Below are positions 41,170 through 50,646 of a stretch of 64,000 nt of DNA, piece after piece (position 1 is the stretch's first letter; each line of letters begins with the position of its first letter). This stretch comes from an uncultured Treponema sp. (GTDB lineage Bacteria > Spirochaetota > Spirochaetia > Treponematales > Treponemataceae), in assembly GCA_963548875.1 (NCBI GenBank), contig CAUUVZ010000001.1, positions 11,038 through 75,037 on the forward strand, read 5' to 3'. The position numbers and the translations under genes are program-made. Under the pieces are notes generated by a model. It saw only the letters and a list, made by a program, of their open reading frames with translations. It had not been told where the DNA came from and did no database searches.

Positions 41170-43269
41170 TTACTTTGCTTGCTCTTCAATCGCATCGATG
41201 TAGGAAAGATTCAAGCGACCCATTTTATCGACTTCGATAAGTTTTACCGGAATCACCTGACCTTCTTTAAGAACGTCGGTAACTTTTTCTACACGCTGGC
41301 GTGAAAGTTTTGAAATGTGGCAAAGCCCTTCTTTACCCGGCAGGATTTCGATAAAGGCGCCGAAATCCATGATGCGTTTTACCGTTCCGTTATAAATAAC
41401 TCCCGGCTCCGGATCTTCCGTAATGCCTTTAATCGCTTTTTTCGCTTCTTCCGCACTCGTTCCGTTTTTGCCGTAAACCGTAACGGTTCCGTCGTCGTCC
41501 GTGTTGATTGTAACATTGTATTGCGAGCAGAGTGCTTTGACATTTTTTCCGCCGGGTCCGATAAGAGCACCGATTTTATCAACCGGAATCTTCATTGAAA
41601 GAATTTTAGGCGCGTTTTTACTGATTTCTTGCGGCTTGTCGATACATTTTTCCATAATCGAAAGAATGTGCAGACGTCCTTCTTTTGCCTGCGCAAGCGC
41701 TTTTTTCATTATGTCCATAGAAACGCCGGCAATTTTTATATCCATCTGGAATCCGGTAATTCCGTCTTTCGTACCTGCGACTTTAAAATCCATATCGCCG
41801 AGGTGGTCTTCTTCCCCGAGAATATCCGAAAGAATCTGATATTTTTCGTAGTGCGGCCCGTCGGTAATAAGACCCATTGCAATACCGGCAACCATTTTTT
41901 TCATAGGAACGCCGGCAGCCAGCATGGAAAGACAGCCGCCGCAGGTAGATGCCTGCGATGAAGAACCGTTGGATTCCATGATTTCGGAAACAACACGCAC
42001 CGTATACGGAAATTTGTCGCGACCGGGAACCATCGGAGCAAGCGAACGGCGTGCAAGATTTCCGTGTCCTATTTCGCGTCTTCCCGTTGTAAGTTTTCCG
42101 ACTTCACCGACGGAATAAGGCGGAAAATTATAATGAAGAATAAAATGTTCGCTTCTGTCTCCGTCAATATCGTCGTAAACCTGTTCATCAAGCGATGTTC
42201 CGAGTGTAGTTACTGCAAGCGATTGTGTTTCGCCTCTTGTAAACAATGCCGAACCGTGCGGGTAGGGAAGTACATTGATTTCGCAGGTTATCGGACGAAT
42301 TTCATCGCATTTTCTGCCGTCGATGCGTATTCCGTCGTCCAAAATCGATTTGCGCAAGAGTTTAAATTGAATATCGTCAAGAAGCGCATCGAAAAGACGT
42401 TTTTGGATTTCATCTTCAAGCTGTTCGGCATATTCCGCAACCAGTTTTTCTCGTACCGCATCAATTGCTTTGCCGCGGTTTTGTTTTCCGTCCCTGAATG
42501 CGGCTTCTTTTATAAGCGGCGTTGCTTCTGCTTCTATTTTTTCCGCATTTTCAAGTTTTACATCAAGCGGATTTAGAGGAAGTTTTTCTTTTCCGCATTT
42601 TTTCTGCAATTCATTTTGAAGTTTGCACATTTGCGTAATAAATTCTTGAGCCTTTTCAAGCGCACCGAGCATTACCTCTTCGCTTGCTTCGTTTGCGCCG
42701 CCTTCGACCATCGTAAATCCTTCCGCAGTTCCCGCAACCACAATTTCAAGTTCCGATTTTTCAATCTGCGCAAAAGTAGGATTGATTATATATTCTCCGT
42801 TAAGGTAGCCTACGCGGCAGGCTGCGACCGGTCCGTGAAACGGTATATCGGAGATTGTAACCGCTGCAGAGGCTGCAATTACAGCAAGAATGTCCTGCGT
42901 ATGGATTCCGTCTGCTGAAACACAGGTCGGAACAATCTGCAATTCACGTCCGAAAGACGGTTCGAAAAGCGGGCGCATAGGGCGGTCGATAAGACGGGAA
43001 ACAAGAATTTCCTTTTCTTTAGGTCTGCCTTCTCTTTTTACAAATCCGCCGGGTATTTTTCCTGCCGCATAAAATTTTTCGTTGTAATCAACCGTAACCG
43101 GGACGAAATCCTGTCCTTCTATTACATTGTGCGAGGCACATACCGTAGCTATAACTACCGCGCCTCCCCATTGTGCAAAAACACAACCGTTGGCCTGCTT
43201 GCCGATTCTTCCCGTTTCAAGGATAAGGTCTTCATCACCTAATCTGTAAGTTACTCTTTCTACTGACAT
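41170..43269 (-). CDS. pnp: polyribonucleotide nucleotidyltransferase
   Basis: RLIDRPMRPLF, FTRGETQ, RREIGHG, GDMDFKVAG; KH and S1 domains. Confidence 0.98.
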   Translation of the reverse strand: MSVERVTYRLGDEDLILETGRIGKQANGCVFAQWGGAVVIATVCASHNVIEGQDFVPVTVDYNEKFYAAGKIPGGFVKREGRPKEKEILVSRLIDRPMRPLFEPSFGRELQIVPTCVSADGIHTQDILAVIAASAAVTISDIPFHGPVAACRVGYLNGEYIINPTFAQIEKSELEIVVAGTAEGFTMVEGGANEASEEVMLGALEKAQEFITQMCKLQNELQKKCGKEKLPLNPLDVKLENAEKIEAEATPLIKEAAFRDGKQNRGKAIDAVREKLVAEYAEQLEDEIQKRLFDALLDDIQFKLLRKSILDDGIRIDGRKCDEIRPITCEINVLPYPHGSALFTRGETQSLAVTTLGTSLDEQVYDDIDGDRSEHFILHYNFPPYSVGEVGKLTTGRREIGHGNLARRSLAPMVPGRDKFPYTVRVVSEIMESNGSSSQASTCGGCLSMLAAGVPMKKMVAGIAMGLITDGPHYEKYQILSDILGEEDHLGDMDFKVAGTKDGITGFQMDIKIAGVSMDIMKKALAQAKEGRLHILSIMEKCIDKPQEISKNAPKILSMKIPVDKIGALIGPGGKNVKALCSQYNVTINTDDDGTVTVYGKNGTSAEEAKKAIKGITEDPEPGVIYNGTVKRIMDFGAFIEILPGKEGLCHISKLSRQRVEKVTDVLKEGQVIPVKLIEVDKMGRLNLSYIDAIEEQAK

Positions 43270-43367
43270 TAAATTCCTTCTTTAGTTCTTTATGGTTCTT
43301 TTCCGTTGCCTGAAAATAAAAAAGCCTGAACCGCCAACGGTGTGCGGCGCAGGCTCTTATATGAAAT

Positions 43368-43637
43368 TTACTTGCGGAGACCCAACTCTTTAATAAAAGC
43401 GCGGTATCCTTCAAGGTCTTTATGCTCGTAGTATTTGAGCATTTTTCTGCGCTGTCCTACGACTTTTAACAATGCACGTTTTGCACCCGTGTCTTTCGGG
43501 AACGTATTGGAATGTTCCGTAAGCTGTTTGATGCGTTCCGTAAGAAGCGCAATCTGAACTTTTACGTTACCCGTGTCCGTGTCCTTTACGCCGTATTTTC
43601 CGACGATGGAAGAAGTTGTTTCTTTTGTAAGTGCCAT
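43368..43637 (-). CDS. rpsO: 30S ribosomal protein S15
   Basis: DTG..VQIALLT, VGQRRKML, LGLRK; upstream of pnp. Confidence 0.98.
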   Translation of the reverse strand: MALTKETTSSIVGKYGVKDTDTGNVKVQIALLTERIKQLTEHSNTFPKDTGAKRALLKVVGQRRKMLKYYEHKDLEGYRAFIKELGLRK

Positions 43638-43652
43638 TTTACTTACCCCTTA

Positions 43653-44456
43653 TTATAAAAATTCTACAGCCCGAATTCGCGAAAGCCCGTTGAAAGCAGC
43701 CCCAAAGAGGCGAAATGTTTTAAGGTCGGCTTCAAGACAAGCCCGTAAATTATCTCGGGACGTATTTACAATAACATTGTATGTGCCGTGTTCCGGTAAA
43801 ACCTGCGTAAAGCGTGATTTTTCGAAAACGAACACATCTTCCGAATCCTTTTTACAAGGAACGCCGTTCATATCAATTTTGAATCTGTGACCGAGCAGGC
43901 GTTCCGACTCGGCAAAGTTTCCGTCGAAAATGAGCTGTCTTATAACGGAAGAAGATATCCGTGCTCCGCCGTATAAAACTTCACTCGGAAACGACGTATG
44001 TAAACCGGCGTTATGCGCAAAATCCGCTATCTCATTTTTGCCGCACGAACCTTTATATCCGAAGCGGAAGTCTTTTCCTTCTGCGATAAAGCGCATAGAA
44101 AAAAATGCCGTTAAAACATTAAGGAATTCGGTTCCGCTCATTCTAGCGAAATCGTTGGAAAAGTCAATCAGCAGGGCAAATTCAAAACCGCGTTTCTCAT
44201 AACCCGTAAGTCTTTGACGCAAAGTTGCAATGTCTCCGATGTACGCGGAAGGATGTTTGAAAGACGGCAGCGGTCGAACGAACGTTACAATACCCGGCGT
44301 AAGCTTTTGCTTTGCAGCCGCATCGAAAACTTCTTTGAACAACACTTCATGACCGAGATGAGGTCCGTCAAAACTCCCTATCGTGAGCGCAGAGTTTTTT
44401 TTCACGACAGGCATATTCGATGTAAAATCTATTCGGTTCCAATAGAACGTATGCAA
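43653..44456 (-). CDS. ribF: FAD synthetase family protein (degenerate kinase domain)
   Basis: IGSFDGPHLGH, GKDFRFG, ISSSVIR, LLGH. Confidence 0.85.
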   Translation of the reverse strand: MHTFYWNRIDFTSNMPVVKKNSALTIGSFDGPHLGHEVLFKEVFDAAAKQKLTPGIVTFVRPLPSFKHPSAYIGDIATLRQRLTGYEKRGFEFALLIDFSNDFARMSGTEFLNVLTAFFSMRFIAEGKDFRFGYKGSCGKNEIADFAHNAGLHTSFPSEVLYGGARISSSVIRQLIFDGNFAESERLLGHRFKIDMNGVPCKKDSEDVFVFEKSRFTQVLPEHGTYNVIVNTSRDNLRACLEADLKTFRLFGAAFNGLSRIRAVEFL

Positions 44457-44495
44457 ACTGCGCTCACACTGCCGTCATTTTATCAAGTTGCGGCA

Positions 44496-45518
44496 CTATT
44501 TTATTTCGTAAATCCAACCGTCGGGAGCTTTAATTTCTCCCATTTGTATACCGGTTAAAGTTTCGCGTAATTTCCCTAGTATTTCACCTATTTTATCCGT
44601 TCCCGACGGAATGAGAATTTCTTTTCCGTGGTCGTCGATTTTTCCGATAGGCGAAATAACGGCTGCAGTGCCGCATAATCCGCATTCCGCAAAAGATGAC
44701 AGCTCATCTTTGTGAATCTTTCTCTCTTCAACTTCAATGTGCAGATAATCTCTTGCAACTTGAATGAGCGAACGTCTGGTTATTGACGGAAGAATGGTAT
44801 CGGACTTCGGTGTAACAAGTTTTCCGTCTTTCGTTACGAATAGAATATTTGCACCGCCGGTTTCTTCTATATATGTGTGGCTTGCCGGATCAAGGTAAAT
44901 ATTTTCGGCAAAACCCAATCTGTGCGCTTCCATAATATTGTGAAGACTCATCGCATAGTTTAAACCGGCTTTTATATCGCCCGTTCCATGAGGAGCTGCT
45001 CTGTCAATATCCGAAATGCGGACTGCAATGGGTTTTAATCCGCCTTTAAAATACGGACCTACAGGCGTTACAAGAATTCTAAACTGATATTCATCGGCAG
45101 GCTTTACTCCGATTACCGCACCGGACGCGAACATAAAGGGTCTTATATACAATGTTGCGCCGGAGCCGTAAGGCGGCACCCAGTCGATATTTGCTTTTAC
45201 AGTATCAAGGACGGCTTGAACGAAATTCTTAACGGGGAAAATCGGCATTTCAAGCCGCCTGCATGAATTTTCCATGCGCTCTCCGTTTAAATCCGGGCGG
45301 AACGTAACAATCCGTCCGTCTTTTGCAGTATACGCTTTTAATCCTTCAAAACACGATTGCGAATATTGCAATACGCCAGCGCATTCGGAAATGCGGACGT
45401 CTCCGTCGTCAATAAGCATTCCGTCGTTCCATGAGCCGTCTTTAAATTCGGCAACAAATCTTTTATCCGTTTTCATATAAGCGAACGGAAGATTAGCCCA
45501 GTCAAGATTTCTTTTCAT
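44496..45518 (-). CDS. ilvE: branched-chain amino acid aminotransferase
   Basis: FEGLKAY, LYIRP, KAGLNY, ILPSITR, GTAAVI. Confidence 0.96.
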   Translation of the reverse strand: MKRNLDWANLPFAYMKTDKRFVAEFKDGSWNDGMLIDDGDVRISECAGVLQYSQSCFEGLKAYTAKDGRIVTFRPDLNGERMENSCRRLEMPIFPVKNFVQAVLDTVKANIDWVPPYGSGATLYIRPFMFASGAVIGVKPADEYQFRILVTPVGPYFKGGLKPIAVRISDIDRAAPHGTGDIKAGLNYAMSLHNIMEAHRLGFAENIYLDPASHTYIEETGGANILFVTKDGKLVTPKSDTILPSITRRSLIQVARDYLHIEVEERKIHKDELSSFAECGLCGTAAVISPIGKIDDHGKEILIPSGTDKIGEILGKLRETLTGIQMGEIKAPDGWIYEIK

Positions 45519-45660
45519 ATTTACCCCGCAAAGTACGATTTTATTTTGGAAACTCTATCATTATTGACTCAAAGTATCAATGAACTCTGCGCACTTCTAA
45601 CGTAAATCAATTTTCAAAGCATTGAGTTCCGTACTCTCATAAATCCTAATGAGTTATTAT

Positions 45661-45983
45661 CCTTAATTTCGAGTTTTATAAACTCAAGGAAACATTCTTC
45701 TAAGGCAAGCCTTAAACCTTTTTCCTTATCAAGGGAGGAAACCAGCGAATATCTTTTACACAATTTTGCTGTAGGGCAAAATTGCAGCGGACGGGGAACC
45801 TATTATGTCTTTCATATCCAGTTCTTCCGTCCGCCGCCCGCAGTTTTCCTCCCTTGACCCACCTTCCTTGTGCACGACCAAAGGACTTTCGCCCTTTGGA
45901 ATCCCGGTTTATCCATATAATTTTAATTTTTTAGGTAACCTATATACGATATTTATAAAAACAGAGAAATTCGACATTCGGGC
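45661..45983. mobile_element. non-autonomous MITE-like element with IS982-like ends (copy 1)
   Basis: Left end CCTTAATTTCGAGTTTTA matches the IS right end 15/18; right end (reverse complement ATAGCCCGAATGTCGAATT) matches the IS left end 16/19; inverted homologue at 55159-55531. Confidence 0.7.
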
Positions 45984-46178
45984 TATCAGCGTTTCGGATA
46001 AAAATTGATTTCCGTGCGCACTTCTCAATCGTCCGTAAGTCCGCATTATGGATTATATTGGACAGTAGAGCTTTATTGTATAAAATACGCTCGACGGCGA
46101 TACTGTAATTCGAAATCTCTTGTGGCAGTCGATTTTAGCCGTATTTGCAGACTTTTGCCGATTTTTAGATTGGGAAAA

Positions 46179-47867
46179 ATGACCGGAATGATAAACTTAA
46201 ACGATGATTATCTTACACAACAAATAATCGCATACATCGGAAATAAAAGAAAACTGTTGGGTTTGATTTTAAAAGCAATACGACAGACCGGAACGGAAAT
46301 AAAACCCGGATTAAAGTTTTTTGACGTATTTGCCGGAAGCGGTGTTGTATCCAGATTGGCTAAAATGCTTAATTTTGAAGTTTACGCAAATGACTGGGAA
46401 TATTATTCTTATATAATCTCCGCTTGTTATCTTAAAACCGATAAACGGGACATTATCAATCTTTTCGGCTCCCAAGAGAATTTTCATGCTTTATTGCGCA
46501 AAATCAACGCGCTGCCTGCTCCCAAAGAAAACGAGCAGTACATGGCAAAATATTATGCGCCCAAAGAAGACGATATCGACGAAGCGGACTATAAAACCGA
46601 AAGGCTTTTTTACACTCGCCGGAATGCGTTAAATATCGATAAAATCCGTAATTATATCGAAAGACACTTTCCGCTAAATAACCGTTCCGACTCGAACTTA
46701 CAAATACGTAACATACTTCTTGCGGAATTGCTCTATGAATCCGCAACTCATAATAACACTTCGGGAGTATTTAAAGCCTGCCACAAAGGATTCGGCGGTC
46801 ATAGTAAAGACTCATTAACAAGGATTCTCGGTGAAATCAAATTGAATCCTCCCGTATTAATCGATTCCGATTTCCCCGTTCATGTTTTTCAGGAAGATGC
46901 AAACGAACTCGTAGAAAAATTGGAGGAAGTGGATATTGCGTATTTGGATCCGCCGTATAATCAACATCAATACGGCAGCAATTATCACATACTCAATACG
47001 ATTGCAAAGTGGGATCATATCCCTGCGGAATTGGAGTTGAATGAAAAAGGCGAATTGAAAGAAAAAGCCGCCATCCGACACGATTGGATAAACACCCGTT
47101 CGCATTACTGCTACAAGGAGGAAGCGGCAGCGGCTTTTGAAAACTTGATTTTTAAGATTAAAGCCGAATACATACTTATAAGCTATAGTACGGACGGAAT
47201 TATTCCTTTTAAAGATATGCTCGGAATCTGTATGAAAAAAGGAAAAGTCTCGATTGTTACGAACGAATATACGACTTACAGAGGCGGCAGGCAAAGCAAT
47301 AAAAGACGGAATACGAATATCGAATTCATACTTTGTATCAATACTTTGGAAAAGGCTCCGGAATCGACGGAAGAACAGCTTGAGTCAATATTTATTAAAA
47401 ATAAAACAATGCTGCTGTTTAAGCGGAGATTTAACGAGCAAAAATTAAAAGATGCTTGTAATTCGTTCGATAAATCGTCTTTGTTATTTGTGATAGATGA
47501 GCGGCAAATCCCGATAAAAACGGACGATTTTTTTACGATTGAACAACCGAAAATCATCGACGAACTGCCAAACAAGGTTTTATCGATATTGCATTCCCGG
47601 TTGGAATCTTGCGTTTGCAAAGACAAAGAAGAAGAGTTGACCGAAATCCTTTCAAAATTGGACGGGGATAAAGAGACGAATACAAAATTCATAAAACTGA
47701 TTCCCGGCACTTTAAAGAAGCTTGCGCATAAAAAGAATAAATCGATTTTTTATAAGTGCTTATCGGAAGTAAGGGGACTCAAAAATAAATATCCCGAAAT
47801 TTACATATCGATTGAAGATAAAATCGAGCAAATTGCAGACCTTGCGGAATTACGTTTTACAACCTAA
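46179..47867 (+). CDS. orphan DNA adenine methyltransferase (D12/Dam-like class) with C-terminal extension
   Basis: YIGNK, FDVFAGSGVV (motif I), YLDPPY (motif IV); start ATG 46179 or 46188. Confidence 0.9.
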   Translation: MTGMINLNDDYLTQQIIAYIGNKRKLLGLILKAIRQTGTEIKPGLKFFDVFAGSGVVSRLAKMLNFEVYANDWEYYSYIISACYLKTDKRDIINLFGSQENFHALLRKINALPAPKENEQYMAKYYAPKEDDIDEADYKTERLFYTRRNALNIDKIRNYIERHFPLNNRSDSNLQIRNILLAELLYESATHNNTSGVFKACHKGFGGHSKDSLTRILGEIKLNPPVLIDSDFPVHVFQEDANELVEKLEEVDIAYLDPPYNQHQYGSNYHILNTIAKWDHIPAELELNEKGELKEKAAIRHDWINTRSHYCYKEEAAAAFENLIFKIKAEYILISYSTDGIIPFKDMLGICMKKGKVSIVTNEYTTYRGGRQSNKRRNTNIEFILCINTLEKAPESTEEQLESIFIKNKTMLLFKRRFNEQKLKDACNSFDKSSLLFVIDERQIPIKTDDFFTIEQPKIIDELPNKVLSILHSRLESCVCKDKEEELTEILSKLDGDKETNTKFIKLIPGTLKKLAHKKNKSIFYKCLSEVRGLKNKYPEIYISIEDKIEQIADLAELRFTT

Positions 47868-47933
47868 GCGCACTATCGTAAAAGCGCAAACTATTATCTG
47901 ATATTTCGGATAAGCGTGTAAAGCGGGTAAATC

Positions 47934-49187
47934 TTATTCGACATACTCGTCATCGTTATTTAAAATTCGCAATTCTCCTCTTTCGTATGCTCGGCGCAAG
48001 CTCGACATAAAATCGTCCGTAACGCGAATGCAGTCTTTTTTCAGAAGAGGGGAGGCTGCTTCCGCTTCGTCCCGCACTTGTGCACGGCGGCCTGCGGAAA
48101 TGCAGCTTAAAATCTTATCGCGGAAGGAATCCGCTTTTCCTGCCGTAAGAAGCGCAATATCAATATCGCTCATACTCCGCAGTTTATCTTGAATAAATCT
48201 GTCGTCAGCATTTACGACATCATCAAGCGTAAAGAGACGGTTACGCAAATCTTCGCCTAAGGACGGATCTTCCGTCTCAAGCGATGAAAGAATCGCGTTT
48301 TCCGCACCGGCAGGCATCTTTTTCAGTATTTCTGCAAGAACGTTCCGCCCGTCGATATTTTCCGCATTCCCGCTTGTCTGCATAAGAGATTTTTCATGCA
48401 TTGCCTGATCAACTCTGCGTAGAATCTCCGGAGAAACCGGCTGTAGTTTTGCAAGACGGCGCACAACCTCTTTTTTATCCTCAGGTTTCATAAGGTTGAT
48501 TACGGCAGCAGCTTTTTTAGGCTGAATGCGTGAGAGAACCAATGCACTTGTTGCAGGGCTTTCATCGGACAAAAGCAGCATTACGCGCTCGTTATCTGCA
48601 TCGTTTAAATAATCGAAAGGTTTTGCACCGGCAAACGGAGCGGCTTTTTCCAGAAGCTGTTTTGCGCGTTCCGGACCGTAAGCTTTCTCAAGAATATTAC
48701 GCGCAGTATCCATTCCGCCGGATTCGCGGGAGCGTTCCAGCAGAGAACGAAATTCCTCTAAAATCACGGAAGCTTCTTCCGGCGTAACGCTCCGTATAGA
48801 TGCAATTTCGGGGATTATACGTTCGGTCTGAGCTTCCGTAAGATGCGGAAGAATTTTTGCGGCTTCGTCAACGCCGATTAAAAGCAAAAACTTTGCGACG
48901 CGGCGGTAAACGGAATCTTTTCCGTCAGTTTCATTTTCGCTGACGGGAACTTTAATCAGTCCGCGCGAAGTTAAAGCATCCGCCGCCCTGTCAAGTTCTC
49001 CTGCTGAGCCGGGACTTTTTTTCGAATCCGATATTTTTCCGATTTGACGGTCTGCATCTTTTAGGGGTTCCGAATCAGTCTGTTTTTTTGCAGCTCTTTG
49101 CGGAATAAACGGCGGCGTTTGGGATGAGTTTTTTACATCTTTTGACGCATTTTTGTACGCGGATGCCCGCAGGTCATTCAAGTTCAT
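47934..49187 (-). CDS. FliG paralogue (spirochaetal FliG1-like)
   Basis: VAKFLLLIG..EAAKILPHL, GGMDTARNIL, PFDYL, LRNRLFTLDD; start moved to ATG 49187. Confidence 0.85.
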   Translation of the reverse strand: MNLNDLRASAYKNASKDVKNSSQTPPFIPQRAAKKQTDSEPLKDADRQIGKISDSKKSPGSAGELDRAADALTSRGLIKVPVSENETDGKDSVYRRVAKFLLLIGVDEAAKILPHLTEAQTERIIPEIASIRSVTPEEASVILEEFRSLLERSRESGGMDTARNILEKAYGPERAKQLLEKAAPFAGAKPFDYLNDADNERVMLLLSDESPATSALVLSRIQPKKAAAVINLMKPEDKKEVVRRLAKLQPVSPEILRRVDQAMHEKSLMQTSGNAENIDGRNVLAEILKKMPAGAENAILSSLETEDPSLGEDLRNRLFTLDDVVNADDRFIQDKLRSMSDIDIALLTAGKADSFRDKILSCISAGRRAQVRDEAEAASPLLKKDCIRVTDDFMSSLRRAYERGELRILNNDDEYVE

Positions 49188-49233
49188 GCGCAGATGATAG
49201 CATAAACCGAAAATTCTGAATATACTGCGCGCT

Positions 49234-50034
49234 ATGCCGATTGTTGAAACATTAAATCCTTCCGATTTTGAAAAATCTCTCATCTTTAAAGAAAAAGACG
49301 TATTTTTAAATCCTGACGGGAGTCTTCCTGACGGAAGAACCGCTGCAAGACTTATAAATAATATTTCTCAAGATAAAATCGAATACGGCATAGGAGAAAT
49401 GCCTGAATCCGTCTTTGCAGCCGTACTTGCTGCCGATTCCGATGAAATACAAGGGCTTAGAAAATTTTCCGTACGTGAATGTTTTGCTTCGGGAGACGAA
49501 AGAAAAGGTGAAATTATTGCACGGGCGCGGACTTTACTGAAATGGAGCGAAGAAATGAACTTTTGCCCCAAATGCGGAAGCCTTCTTACATTAAGCGGAA
49601 CACACAGCTCAAAAATCTGCCCGAAATGCGGCAAAGAACATTTCCCCAGAATAGAGCCTTGCATAATCGTACTTGTAAAAAAAGATGATGAATTGCTTTT
49701 GGCAAGACATGTAAGCCATGCAAGCGACGTATTTACTTGTATTGCAGGATTTATCGAGGCAGGAGAGAGCGCAGAATGTGCCGTTGCCCGCGAAGTGAAA
49801 GAAGAAACCGGAATATCCGTTAAAAACGTAAGATATTTTGCAAGTCAAAGCTGGCCTTATCCCGATCAACTTATGCTGGGTTTCTACGCGGATTACGATT
49901 CGGGGGAAATATCCGTTCAAAAAGAAGAATTACACGAAGCCGCATGGTTCAGTAAAAAATCTCTCCCCAAAATACCCAAATGCGGCTCAATGGCTTACAG
50001 ACTTATTACCGAATGTTGCTCTTTAGATTCCTAA
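49234..50034 (+). CDS. nudC: NAD(H) diphosphatase (Nudix)
   Basis: FCPKCG/CPKCG zinc ribbon, AGFIEAGE..REVKEETG Nudix box, SQSWPYP. Confidence 0.93.
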   Translation: MPIVETLNPSDFEKSLIFKEKDVFLNPDGSLPDGRTAARLINNISQDKIEYGIGEMPESVFAAVLAADSDEIQGLRKFSVRECFASGDERKGEIIARARTLLKWSEEMNFCPKCGSLLTLSGTHSSKICPKCGKEHFPRIEPCIIVLVKKDDELLLARHVSHASDVFTCIAGFIEAGESAECAVAREVKEETGISVKNVRYFASQSWPYPDQLMLGFYADYDSGEISVQKEELHEAAWFSKKSLPKIPKCGSMAYRLITECCSLDS

Positions 50035-50646
50035 AATATATCGGGCGGTACCGCCTATTATTATCGGAATGATAAGATTATCGAAATCTGCAAGCGGCAG
50101 AACTTCAACAAAAGTTGCCGTAACTGCAAGAATTAATGCAGATTGCGGATTTTTACATACCGCAAAAGCCGAAATTAAAACCGCAAAAAAACAAGTCAAA
50201 CTTCCGGCGGCGGTTTTTCCGTTGGTAAACGGAATTCTTACGCGCCCGAACAATTTTCCTGCAAAACTTGCAAGTCCGTCTCCAAAAGCGAGCGCATATA
50301 TTCCGATTCTGCGGCTTTCCGGTTCCAATAAGAATGCGGCGATTAGTATACCGAATACAAGCGTCAGCGGACCAAGCACGAATTTATTTTCATCGCGTTT
50401 ACGGGCGGCAACGGCGGTTATTTTTGCAACAACGGGAACTTCTATTCCCCTAAGTCTGAGTGTTTCTGAAACAGTGTAGAAAAAAGCCGCCGCAAATAAA
50501 GATATTACCGTCGGGAAAAACGCCTTATCCAAAAACAAAGGAATAAATGCGCTGCAAAGGTGTATGGATTTTCTTATAAGCTCTTTTGTGATGCTTATGC
50601 GGTATTGCTTTGCTAATATTCCGTATTCCGACGGGCGCATATTCAT
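50023..50646 (-). CDS. dolichol/phytol kinase-like (cytidylyltransferase family) membrane protein
   Basis: RKSIH, GDGLAS..GK..G, KTAAGS, DNL motifs. Confidence 0.85.
   Translation of the reverse strand: MNMRPSEYGILAKQYRISITKELIRKSIHLCSAFIPLFLDKAFFPTVISLFAAAFFYTVSETLRLRGIEVPVVAKITAVAARKRDENKFVLGPLTLVFGILIAAFLLEPESRRIGIYALAFGDGLASFAGKLFGRVRIPFTNGKTAAGSLTCFFAVLISAFAVCKNPQSALILAVTATFVEVLPLADFDNLIIPIIIGGTARYILGI

Noticed and set aside
45761..45834. Integron attC sites or IS110 bridge RNA as the identity of the module
   Set aside because: No RYYYAAC/GTTRRRY-bounded cassette array, and no integrase or IS110 recombinase in the window; the resemblance is only architectural.
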